Assembly (NCBI GenBank): GCA_964576995.1
Contig: CAZNWP010000001.1
Span: 1 to 57,890, forward strand
From: an uncultured Christensenella sp.
GTDB taxonomy: Bacteria; Bacillota; Clostridia; Christensenellales; Borkfalkiaceae
Length of the DNA: 57,890 nucleotides
Direction: 5' to 3'
This document shows, piece by piece, positions 35,383-44,346 of this stretch (position 1 is the first letter of the stretch; every line of letters starts with the position of its first letter). The translations under genes and the position numbers were made by a program. The notes under the pieces are model-generated. The model was not told the origin of the DNA, did no database searches, and worked only from the letters and a program-made list of their open reading frames with translations.

Positions 35383-36624
35383 TTAAATCTTTAACGCGGA
35401 ACGTTTAGTTCCGACGGTTGCCGCGGATATTTTATTTATATCGAAATATTTTTCCGCCACGGCGATAACGTCTTTATGGGTTATACCGTCTATCTGCGAT
35501 ATTCTCTCGTTAAAATCAAATTCCTTATCGAGGAAAATAAGCGTTCTGCCGTATAAAAGCATTTGCGAAACGGTGCTTTCTCTGCCCATTATAAACGCGC
35601 TTCTCACCTGCTCTTTACCGCGAATAAATTCGCTCTCCGTTATCGGTTCTGTTTTCATTCGTTTTATTTCGCCGAGTATGTTTTCGACCGCGACGTCGCG
35701 ATTTGCGGTATTAACGCCCGCGTATATCTCCATTACACCGCTATCCTTATACTGCGAAACATAAGAATACACGCTGTAAGCGAGCCCCAACTCTTCTCTT
35801 ATTTTCTGAAAAAGGCGACTGCTCATACCTCCGCCGAACACGATATTCGCAATGGAAAGAGTGTCCGACTCGTCGCTTTTAACGGATATCGCCGGCATAC
35901 AGAAAGAAACGTGAGTTTGTTCGATTTTTTTGCATTTATAAAGCGTTTCCGGTTGAGACGGAATACTTAACGCTTGTTTCACGCTTTTCTTAGACGAAAA
36001 TTTATCTGCGAATAGTTTATCCACGAGCGATTCCGCTTGTTTTATATCAACCTTACCCGCTATGGATATTACCACGTTATCCGCGCGATAATACTTATCC
36101 ATATATTTTTTTATATCGTCTTTGGTGAATTTTTTAACGTTCTTCGCCGTGCCGAGAATAGTTTGTCCGAGCCCCGTTTTGCCGTAATAACTTTCCGCGA
36201 GCAAATCGAGACAAATATCTTCGGGCGTATCCTCGCACATACTTATCTCTTCTAAAACTACGCCCTTTTCTTTTTCCAATTCTTGTTTATCGAATACCGA
36301 ATTGAAAAATATATCCGACAAAACGTCGAGCGCGTCGCCGAGCCGTTCAGAAGTGGATTTAGTGTAATAACACGTCGTTTCCTTAGACGTATACGCGTTT
36401 ATCTGCGCGCCTATTCTGTCTATCCCGTCGGATATTTCAAATGCGGAACGCTTTTCCGTTCCCTTAAACAGAGTATGCTCGATAAAATGAGAAATGCCGT
36501 TTTCGTCAGGCGTCTCGTTGATACTGCCCGTCTTAACCAAAACGCCGCACGATACCGATACGAAACCTTGCATATCAGCGACTACGAGTCTTAATCCGTT
36601 ATCGTATTTTTTATAAAATTTCAT
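35383..36624 (-). CDS. M16-family zinc peptidase (YmxG/MlpA-like)
   Basis: HFIEH (inverted zincin HxxEH) followed by LFKGT. Start at MKFYKK (GGAG 5 nt upstream). Synteny pnp-deacetylase-M16 as in B. subtilis pnpA-ylxY-mlpA. Confidence 0.88.
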   Translation of the reverse strand: MKFYKKYDNGLRLVVADMQGFVSVSCGVLVKTGSINETPDENGISHFIEHTLFKGTEKRSAFEISDGIDRIGAQINAYTSKETTCYYTKSTSERLGDALDVLSDIFFNSVFDKQELEKEKGVVLEEISMCEDTPEDICLDLLAESYYGKTGLGQTILGTAKNVKKFTKDDIKKYMDKYYRADNVVISIAGKVDIKQAESLVDKLFADKFSSKKSVKQALSIPSQPETLYKCKKIEQTHVSFCMPAISVKSDESDTLSIANIVFGGGMSSRLFQKIREELGLAYSVYSYVSQYKDSGVMEIYAGVNTANRDVAVENILGEIKRMKTEPITESEFIRGKEQVRSAFIMGRESTVSQMLLYGRTLIFLDKEFDFNERISQIDGITHKDVIAVAEKYFDINKISAATVGTKRSALKI

Positions 36625-36677
36625 CTGTTCTCCGTAAAATATATTGTGTGCCGTACGTCGGCTTTTATGTCCTTTAA

Positions 36678-37394
36678 TCACGCAAGATTTTCCGAAACGG
36701 TAACGACGTTAAACCCCGCTTCTTTATACCGCTCGATAATGCGCGGCAACGCGGCGAGAGTATGCGCCTTCGGGTGCATAAGAACTAAATCGCCGTTTTC
36801 CGCGTTTTCGGTTGCGCGCGAATAAACTTTATTTTCGTCTTTATCTCTCCAATCTATCGTATCTTTCGACCACATTATAACGCGATAACCGTTATCGAAA
36901 GCCGCTTTTATCGTCGAATCGGAATAACTTCCCGACGGCGGAGCGAACAAATCGGGTTTTACGCCCGCCAACGCTTCGACGATTTTGCCCGCGTTTACTA
37001 TTTCGTCTTTGTTTTTATCGTAAGAGATAGTCGCGTGATCTTTGTGAAAATAACCGTGATTGCCTATTTCGTAACCGCTTTGCGCCATTCTTTTTAACGT
37101 CGCCTCGTTATCGTCCGCCCAACAACCGCCGACGAAAAACGTCGCTTTTACGCCGTACCCGTCGAAAACGTCCATCATCGAATTAACGATTTCGGTATTC
37201 TCGTAAACGTTTATCATAATTGAAACGTTCGGTTTTTCGCGATTGCCGTTATAGACGACGGATGAAACTTGCCCGCCGTAAATCGGAACGCTCGTTTCGG
37301 GATAAAAACTCACAGCGAACACGATCGCGAAAACTACGATTAAAGCAAAATCGGTAAATAACGCCTTTTTTCTATCCGACATAAAACACCTCAC
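36678..37394 (-). CDS. Polysaccharide deacetylase (YlxY/PdaB-like, NodB fold)
   Basis: N-terminal TM, ATFFVGG, GNHGYFH, MHP. Conserved position downstream of pnp. Confidence 0.85.
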   Translation of the reverse strand: MRCFMSDRKKALFTDFALIVVFAIVFAVSFYPETSVPIYGGQVSSVVYNGNREKPNVSIMINVYENTEIVNSMMDVFDGYGVKATFFVGGCWADDNEATLKRMAQSGYEIGNHGYFHKDHATISYDKNKDEIVNAGKIVEALAGVKPDLFAPPSGSYSDSTIKAAFDNGYRVIMWSKDTIDWRDKDENKVYSRATENAENGDLVLMHPKAHTLAALPRIIERYKEAGFNVVTVSENLA

Positions 37395-37447
37395 GAGTAA
37401 TCTTATGCGAAAGGCGTCCGTCGTAATACTTATCTTCGTAAAATAAT

Positions 37448-37520
37448 TCTGCCGCGCCGTAGAAAACGTCGCGCCGCCGATAAGACGGGTTTTCGCTACG
37501 CTTTTCTTGGACGCGGCAGA
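37448..37520 (-). terminator. Long structured element after pnp (possible terminator)
   Basis: tctgccgcg (37448-37456) and cgcggcaga (37512-37520) are perfect complements enclosing GC-rich internal pairing. AUUAUUUU follows on the minus strand. Confidence 0.35.
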
Positions 37521-37537
37521 TTTTTATTAGTCGTAAA

Positions 37538-39637
37538 TTAGTCTTTGATTATTTCAAGAAGTTTAAGGTCTATACCCTTTTCGCCTATCTTGATTATTTC
37601 AACCTTGACTTTATCGCCGATATGAAGAACTTCTTCTACGCTCTCTATTCTCTTATCGCTCATTCTGGATATGTGAATAAGTCCGTCTTTGCCGGGAGCA
37701 AGTTCACAGAACGCACCGACTTTGGGAAGTATTCTCACGACTTCGGATATAAACATATCGCCGACTTCGGGATCTTTCGCGATGGAAAGAATAATTGCTT
37801 TCGCGCGTTCTAACTGTTCGTCGTTACCGACGCTCGCAACGTTTACTCTTCCGTCGTCATCGATGTCGATCTTAACACCCGTTTCTTCGATAATCTTGTT
37901 TATAACCTTGCCTTGTTTACCTACTACGTCGCCAATCTTGTCGGGAGCGATGTAGAAAGATATAATTCTCGGAGCGTATTCGGAAAGTTTAGGCGCAACT
38001 TCGGGAACGCATTCGAGCATCTTGTTGAGAATGAACGTACGTCCTTCGTTAGCCTGTTCTATCGCGGTGTGCATAATTTCTTCGGATATGCCCTTGATTT
38101 TAATATCCATCTGGATAGCGGTAATACCTTTCGTCGTTCCCGCGACTTTAAAGTCCATATCGCCGAGGAAGTCCTCTAAACCTTGAATATCCGTCATTAC
38201 GCGGAATTCGCCGGTTTCTTGATTTTTAATAAGTCCCATAGCGACGCCCGCAACGGGTGCTTTAATGGGAACGCCCGCGTCCATCAACGCCATCGTCGAT
38301 CCGCAAACCGACGCCATAGACGAAGATCCGTTAGACGACATAATGTCGTTTACTACGCGGATAGCGTACGGAAAGTCGTCCTCCGACGGAATAACCGGAA
38401 CGAGCGCGCGCTCTGCGAGTGCACCGTGTCCGATTTCTCTGCGCCCCGGAGATCTCAACGCTTTCGCTTCGCCCGTGCAGTAGCCGGGGAAGTTGTATTG
38501 ATGCATATAACGTTTAGCCGTTTCTTCGTCGAGTCCTTCTAACTTCTGCGCTTCGGAAAGCATAGCGAGCGTACAAGTGGTCAAAGTCTGGGTTTGTCCT
38601 CTCGTGAACACCGCCGAGCCGTGAACTCTGGGTAAAACGTGTTTTTCGCACCATATAGGACGAACGTCTTTAAGTCCTCTTCCGTCGGGACGAATACCCT
38701 TGTCGAAAATTTTAGCGCGAACTTTTTCTTTGGTGAGATAATAAAGGCTATCCTTTATTTCCTTAACGTTATCGGGATAAATATCCTTGAAGTGCTCGAG
38801 CGTTTCCGCTTCCGCTTGATCTTGTCTTGCTTGTCTTTCTTGACGGTCGAACGTATCTATCGCCCAATCGATTTTATCGTTAGCGTATTCGCGAACTTCT
38901 TTATCGAGTTCTTCGGGAATATGATAAAGTTCGATTTCCTTTTTAGGTTTGCCGACTACGGGAACGATTTCGTCCTCTATAAACGCGCAAATCTTTTTAA
39001 TTTCTTCGTGCCCGAATACGATTGCGTTCACCATTTCGTCGTTGGTAACTTCGTTTGCGCCTGCTTCAATCATTAAGATAGCGTCTTTAGTACCTGCAAG
39101 ATTGAGGTGTATGTCGGACTTTTCTCTTTGAGCGAGATCGGGGTTTATAACGTATTTACCGTCAACCATACCTACGACGACGGAACCCGTGGGGCCCGCC
39201 CAAGGAATGTCGGATATCGCGAGAGCGATAGAACTTCCTATCATAGCCAAGGGTTCGGGTTGAATATCGGGTTCAACCGATAACGCTTGCGCGATGACTA
39301 CGACGTCGTTATAAAGTCCTTTCGGGAACAACGGACGAAGCGGTCTGTCTATAAGACGGCTCGTTAAAATCGCCTTATCGCTCGCTCTGCCCTCTCTTCT
39401 CTTAAATCCGCCCGGAATTTTGCCGACGGAATACATCTTCTCTTCGTAGTCTACTTGCAACGGGAAGAAGTCCATACCTTCTCTCGGCGTTGCGGACATA
39501 CAAACGGAAACCATTACCGCCGTGTCTCCCGAACGCACCACGCACGCACCGTTCGCTTGTTCGGCGTACTTGCCGACTTCGACGACGACTTCTCTTCCGC
39601 CGACGTTCATCTTAAATTCTTTGTAGTTATTCGTCAT
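37538..39637 (-). CDS. pnp: Polyribonucleotide nucleotidyltransferase (PNPase)
   Basis: Two RNase PH domains, then KH (GKQGKVINKIIEETG) and S1 (EVVRILPKVGAFCEL) domains. 699 aa. Confidence 0.96.
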   Translation of the reverse strand: MTNNYKEFKMNVGGREVVVEVGKYAEQANGACVVRSGDTAVMVSVCMSATPREGMDFFPLQVDYEEKMYSVGKIPGGFKRREGRASDKAILTSRLIDRPLRPLFPKGLYNDVVVIAQALSVEPDIQPEPLAMIGSSIALAISDIPWAGPTGSVVVGMVDGKYVINPDLAQREKSDIHLNLAGTKDAILMIEAGANEVTNDEMVNAIVFGHEEIKKICAFIEDEIVPVVGKPKKEIELYHIPEELDKEVREYANDKIDWAIDTFDRQERQARQDQAEAETLEHFKDIYPDNVKEIKDSLYYLTKEKVRAKIFDKGIRPDGRGLKDVRPIWCEKHVLPRVHGSAVFTRGQTQTLTTCTLAMLSEAQKLEGLDEETAKRYMHQYNFPGYCTGEAKALRSPGRREIGHGALAERALVPVIPSEDDFPYAIRVVNDIMSSNGSSSMASVCGSTMALMDAGVPIKAPVAGVAMGLIKNQETGEFRVMTDIQGLEDFLGDMDFKVAGTTKGITAIQMDIKIKGISEEIMHTAIEQANEGRTFILNKMLECVPEVAPKLSEYAPRIISFYIAPDKIGDVVGKQGKVINKIIEETGVKIDIDDDGRVNVASVGNDEQLERAKAIILSIAKDPEVGDMFISEVVRILPKVGAFCELAPGKDGLIHISRMSDKRIESVEEVLHIGDKVKVEIIKIGEKGIDLKLLEIIKD

Positions 39638-39711
39638 GTTTTTCTCCTATACTGACTCTGATTTTTTGAAACGCAAACGCACCTGCGCTTACGCGATTAT
39701 ATCCGTAAAAA

Positions 39712-39750
39712 AATCAAAAAAAAGGGTGGCTAAAAAACGCCGCCCCTTTT
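39712..39750 (-). terminator. rpsO-pnp intergenic hairpin / attenuating terminator
   Basis: Minus RNA AAAGGGGCGGC-GUUUUUUA-GCCACCCUUUU (one C-A mismatch), followed by a U-run. Confidence 0.5.
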
Positions 39751-39754
39751 ATGC

Positions 39755-40018
39755 TTATTTTCTTAATTCGAGATCCGCGATGATTTTTCTGTATCTTTCG
39801 ATGTCCACTTCTTGCAAATACTTTAAAAGTCCGCGACGTTCGCCGACCATTTTCATTAGTCCGCGACGCGAGTGGTTGTCGTTTTTGTTCACCGCAAGGT
39901 GAGCGTTAAGGTGATTGATTCTCTCGGTTAAAAGCGCGATTTGTACTTCCGCGGAACCGGTATCTCCTTCGTGTCTCGCAAATTTTTGCATTATTTCGGT
40001 TTTTCTTGCTTTATCCAT
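39755..40018 (-). CDS. rpsO: 30S ribosomal protein S15
   Basis: [29 protein letters not shown]...[20 protein letters not shown]. Confidence 0.96.
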   Translation of the reverse strand: MDKARKTEIMQKFARHEGDTGSAEVQIALLTERINHLNAHLAVNKNDNHSRRGLMKMVGERRGLLKYLQEVDIERYRKIIADLELRK

Positions 40019-40150
40019 TTTGTTTTACCTCCTGAATTTTTTTAATGGAATAGTCCGCTTTAAGCAAAGTTCAGGGAGGAGTAAAACCCGCAAAACCTTG
40101 CGAAAAGTATCAAGCTTAATAAGTATACCAAATTTTATTCGTTTTGTAAA
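40019..40150 (-). promoter_or_regulatory. rpsO promoter and structured 5' leader with anti-SD segment
   Basis: TTTACA (40150-40145), 17 nt, TGgTATACT (-10 at 40127-40122). Leader hairpin CGCAA-GGUU-UUGCG. UUUUACUCCUCCCUGAA (40086-40070) is complementary to the SD region UUCAGGAGGUAAAA (40036-40023). Confidence 0.55.
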
Positions 40151-40181
40151 CTGTTTTTACCTTTTTATTGTTTTTTTATCG

Positions 40182-41555
40182 TTATTTTTCCGAAAAAAGC
40201 GTTTTTTTCGCGTTAATTATCTCTTCAATCTTGCTCATATAGGTTTTTACGTCCTTAGGGCTGCCGTATCTTTCTATCTTTTTCCGCTCGAAGTTCACAC
40301 GCTTGCTGACGGCGTTCGCTCCGCAAGCCACGCAAGACGATATTTCTTCCATGGCGTCTATATTGTAAACGCACGCTTTGCCCTTTTTCGTATAACCTGC
40401 ATTCTCCAAATTGCCGGACGCGTATTTTTGCCTATATAGGTAGTACGCGCCGTACCCCGATTCCCGCAAAAAGTCGTCTGCGAAGTCTATCATCTTTTCC
40501 GTTTCGGGATTAAACGCCGCTCTTTCTTCCGCGAACGTCGCGCCTTTTTTTAAGCATAAACTGTGTACCGTTATATTATCGGGGGCGAGTGCGACCGCTT
40601 TTTTCACCGAATCGCTGAAAACGTCTAAACTTTCGCCGTAAAGTCCCGCGATTAAATCAACGTTTACGGAAAAATCTTTACCCGCGAGATCGAACGCACG
40701 GTACACGTCCGCGGCGGTATGATTTCTGCCTATCGCCTTTAACGTTTCGTCGGAAAAGGTCTGCGGATTTATGCAAATTCTCGTTACACCGTGATCTTTG
40801 AGTATCTTTAATTTTTCCGCCGTAACCGCGTCCGGTCTACCCGCTTCCACCGTATATTCGACGCCGCTATTTATTTTATCAATCGCCGTTAAAACCGCGT
40901 CGAGATTTTTATCGGGAAGCGCTACGGGCGTACCTCCGCCCACGTAAACGCTTCTCAACTTTTTTATAAACCGTCCGCTCCGATTTATGTCATCAACAAG
41001 TTTTTCGGAAAAATCTTGCATAAAAAGCGGAGAATTGTTTATCTCGGAAGTTATAAAAGAACAGTATTTGCATCTCGACGGGCAAAACGGAATAAACACG
41101 AAAAAGTCGCAGTTATCCTCGTCCTCGGAATATATTCCTTTTTGGTTTTCGATCGCTTCGGCGGCAAGCGCGATTTTCCTATCGCTAACCTTCATTACGT
41201 CCGAGAAAAATTCCTTAAAGTCCCCGTACTCTTTTATTGCCGAGTACGCGAGTTTTAACGGTCTTACCCCCGTAAGCGCACCCCAAGGCAACTCAATGCC
41301 CGTATACTTCGAAACGGCTTTATATAACGACAATTTCGCGTAGCGTTTTACAAGCCTTTTTTTCTCTATTTCGTCATCCGTGCTTTTTACGAGATTGCCG
41401 TACGCGTAAGTTTGCCCGTTTACGGTAATCGCGTTGACGAATTTATTTTCTTTTTCGGTAAAGCGGTGTCTTATATTAAAACTCTCGGGGTTAGGAAAAA
41501 ACGCGAGTTGTTCTAAAAATTCGCTTTCTAAAAATTTAAGGTCGGTATCAATCAT
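40182..41555 (-). CDS. Radical SAM protein, HemN/HemZ family (oxygen-independent coproporphyrinogen oxidase-like)
   Basis: IPFCPSRCKYCSF (CxxxCxxC), VYVGGGTP. About 150-aa N-terminal extension as in HemZ-type members. Confidence 0.75.
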   Translation of the reverse strand: MIDTDLKFLESEFLEQLAFFPNPESFNIRHRFTEKENKFVNAITVNGQTYAYGNLVKSTDDEIEKKRLVKRYAKLSLYKAVSKYTGIELPWGALTGVRPLKLAYSAIKEYGDFKEFFSDVMKVSDRKIALAAEAIENQKGIYSEDEDNCDFFVFIPFCPSRCKYCSFITSEINNSPLFMQDFSEKLVDDINRSGRFIKKLRSVYVGGGTPVALPDKNLDAVLTAIDKINSGVEYTVEAGRPDAVTAEKLKILKDHGVTRICINPQTFSDETLKAIGRNHTAADVYRAFDLAGKDFSVNVDLIAGLYGESLDVFSDSVKKAVALAPDNITVHSLCLKKGATFAEERAAFNPETEKMIDFADDFLRESGYGAYYLYRQKYASGNLENAGYTKKGKACVYNIDAMEEISSCVACGANAVSKRVNFERKKIERYGSPKDVKTYMSKIEEIINAKKTLFSEK

Positions 41556-42165
41556 AATCTATAAACCCGTTATGTTCTCTTTCAAAAGATAAAGTCGTAA
41601 AATCTCCGTGCCCCGGATAAACGGAAAAATCGCCGCTCGTATCGAACAGTTTTTTCACGGAACGAACGAGTTCGTCTCTATCGCCCGTCTTAAAATCTGT
41701 TCTACCGACGGAACCGTTAAACAACGTATCTCCCGTAAACATCATATCGTCTACGATAAACGTAAACGATCCGTCGGTATGCCCCGCCGTCGCTATCGCT
41801 TTGATTTTTATTCCCTCTATTTCTAGAACCTCGCCGTCTTTTATAAGGACGTCGGCGTAAAGTTTTTCAAATTTTCTACCGAAGTCCGCGCCGAGATTTT
41901 CGTCGTTTAACAGTTTGGGCGCGTCTTTTTCGGATATATACACTTTTACCCCGTCGCGTTGAAGTTTAAAAGCGTTCCCCGCGTGATCGAAGTGCGCGTG
42001 AGTTAAAAGCAAGGCTTTTATCGTTATGCCGAGTTCGCGTTCCGTCTTTTTGACGAGATTATAATTTTCTCCACCGTCGATTATTACGGCGGCGTTAGTA
42101 TCTTCGTTTACGAGAAAATAAGTGTTTACGCCGAGCGGTCCCGACGATAAATGATAAAGTTTCAT
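41548..42165 (-). CDS. MBL-fold metallo-hydrolase (glyoxalase II-like)
   Basis: LLLTHAHFDHAG (HxHxDH), GHTDGS, PGHG. Start at MKLYHL (GGTGA 6 nt upstream). Confidence 0.85.
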   Translation of the reverse strand: MKLYHLSSGPLGVNTYFLVNEDTNAAVIIDGGENYNLVKKTERELGITIKALLLTHAHFDHAGNAFKLQRDGVKVYISEKDAPKLLNDENLGADFGRKFEKLYADVLIKDGEVLEIEGIKIKAIATAGHTDGSFTFIVDDMMFTGDTLFNGSVGRTDFKTGDRDELVRSVKKLFDTSGDFSVYPGHGDFTTLSFEREHNGFIDYD

Positions 42166-42213
42166 ATATATATTCACCGTGTATTGTGGTTTTGTCAAAC
42201 GAGTACGCGTTCG

Positions 42214-44346
42214 TCAACGCCCCGTACGGTACACGTCGGTTATCTTGGAATCTTGCTTTAACTTATTTAACAGTCTTTCGAGTTCGTCTTTACCGTTAAG
42301 CCTTACGTTGAAGTCGACTATCACTTGCTTGGTTTTACCGTCCGTTCTGCCGTTAGTGGAAACGATTTCGAGTTTAAGCTCGGAAACGACCGCCGCTACG
42401 CTCGCGAGAATTTCCGTCTGCGTATTGCCGACGACTTTAATACTCGCGTTAAACACGTTCGCCGCTTTATCAGTCCATTCGACCTCTATAAGCCTGTCTT
42501 CGTCCGCGTGTTTTAAGTTAGGGCAATCTCTTCTGTGAACGGTAACGCCGTGCCCGCGTGATATAAATCCGATTACGTCGTCGCCCGGAACGGGATTGCA
42601 ACAACCCGCAAAATGCACGAGCAATCCCTCCATTCCCTTAACCGTAACGCTGCTCGAATGGTTGGGATTGGAGACGTAGTATTTTCTAATTTCTTCTTTC
42701 GGTTGGTTCTTGCGGTAAAAGTCTACGAGTTTAACGACCACTTGACCGACGGAAACTGCACCGTAACCTACCGACGAAAACATTTCTTCTTGACTGTTAA
42801 AAGACATTTTAGACGAAAGGAACAAAAAAGACTCTTCTGTCAAAAGTTCGCCGAGCGTATAGCCGCGTTTTTTACATTCCGCTTCTATCATACTCTTGCC
42901 CGTGCGAGCGTTATCCTCTTTCATTTCGCGCTTAAAAAACTGCCTGATTTTCACGCGGGCGGACGGACTTTTAACGATTTTAAGCCAATCCCACGACGGA
43001 CCTTTGGAGTTTTGAGAAGTGATAACTTCCACAACGTCTCCGACTTGAAGCGTACTGTTTAGCGGAACGATTTTAGAATTGACTTTCGCCCCGACGCACT
43101 TATTACCTATCGCCGAGTGAATACTGTACGCAAAGTCGAGCGGCGTCGCGTCTTTCGGTAAACTTTTTACGTCTCCTTTCGGTGTAAAAACGAGAACTTC
43201 TGAACTGTATATATCTCCCTTTAACGAGTTTAAAAATTCCTTACTGTCTTTAAGCCCGCCCTGCCATTCCATAACTTCGCGAATCCAAGAAAGGCGTGTA
43301 TCGAGATCGTCCGCTTCTTTTTTATTTTCTTTATATTTCCAATGCGCCGCGATACCGTATTCGGCGGCGTGGTTCATTTCGTACGTTCTTATTTGTATTT
43401 CGAAAACCTTACCGAAGTTGGTTACTACGGTCGTATGAAGAGATCTGTATAAGTTAGGTTTCGGCGTTGCGATATAGTCTTTTATTCTACCGGGGATTGG
43501 CTTCCACTTATTGTGAATTTTGCCGAATATTTCGTAACACTCGTCCACGGTATTAACGATAACGCGTATGGCAACGACGTCGTAAATTTGATCGAGCGTC
43601 TTTCCGCGTTCTTTCATTTTACGATAAATACTGTATAAGTGTTTCCGTCTGCCGAAAACCTCGCCCGATATTTTAGAATCTTTAAGCATTTGCTTTAATT
43701 CTTCGACGACGTGTCCGACGAGTTCCACCGTCTCCTTCGTGCGAGCGTCGAGATTGGTCGATATATATTCGTAAGCGTCGGGTTCGAGATATTTAAGACA
43801 TAAATCTTCGAGTTCGCATTTTATCTGCGATATACCGAGTCTGCCCGCAAGAGGCGCGTAAATTTCCAACGTTTCGCGAGCCATTCTCTGTTGACGTTCC
43901 ACCGAGAGAAAGTTAAGCGAACGCATATTGTGAAGTCTGTCGGCGAGTTTGATTATAATAACTCTTATATCTTTCGCCATCGCGACGAACAGTTTTCTGA
44001 AGTTTTCCGCTTGCTCCTCTTCTTGCGAGGTAAATTCTATGCGTTCCAATTTGGTAACGCCTTGAACCAATTCTAAAATTTCGTCGCCGAATTCTTTTCT
44101 TATATCACCCTCGGAGACGGGTGTATCTTCTATAACGTCGTGAAGAAACGCCGCCGCGATCGTCGCGGAGTCAAGCCCTAAATCGGCGAGTATTTCCGCA
44201 ACGGTGCAAGGGTGAATAAAATACGCTTCGCCCGAAGCGCGTTTTTGTCCTTCGTGTGCGTTGCGAGCAAACTCGTAAGCGCGTTTTAACACTTCTAGAT
44301 CTTTGCCGAAATACGAATTTTCAAGTCTTTCTAAAATGTCAATCAT
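42214..44346 (-). CDS. relA: Bifunctional (p)ppGpp synthetase/hydrolase RelA/SpoT
   Basis: HD domain (AAFLHDVIEDT), synthetase domain (YRSLHTTV), TGS and ACT regions. 710 aa. Confidence 0.95.
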   Translation of the reverse strand: MIDILERLENSYFGKDLEVLKRAYEFARNAHEGQKRASGEAYFIHPCTVAEILADLGLDSATIAAAFLHDVIEDTPVSEGDIRKEFGDEILELVQGVTKLERIEFTSQEEEQAENFRKLFVAMAKDIRVIIIKLADRLHNMRSLNFLSVERQQRMARETLEIYAPLAGRLGISQIKCELEDLCLKYLEPDAYEYISTNLDARTKETVELVGHVVEELKQMLKDSKISGEVFGRRKHLYSIYRKMKERGKTLDQIYDVVAIRVIVNTVDECYEIFGKIHNKWKPIPGRIKDYIATPKPNLYRSLHTTVVTNFGKVFEIQIRTYEMNHAAEYGIAAHWKYKENKKEADDLDTRLSWIREVMEWQGGLKDSKEFLNSLKGDIYSSEVLVFTPKGDVKSLPKDATPLDFAYSIHSAIGNKCVGAKVNSKIVPLNSTLQVGDVVEVITSQNSKGPSWDWLKIVKSPSARVKIRQFFKREMKEDNARTGKSMIEAECKKRGYTLGELLTEESFLFLSSKMSFNSQEEMFSSVGYGAVSVGQVVVKLVDFYRKNQPKEEIRKYYVSNPNHSSSVTVKGMEGLLVHFAGCCNPVPGDDVIGFISRGHGVTVHRRDCPNLKHADEDRLIEVEWTDKAANVFNASIKVVGNTQTEILASVAAVVSELKLEIVSTNGRTDGKTKQVIVDFNVRLNGKDELERLLNKLKQDSKITDVYRTGR

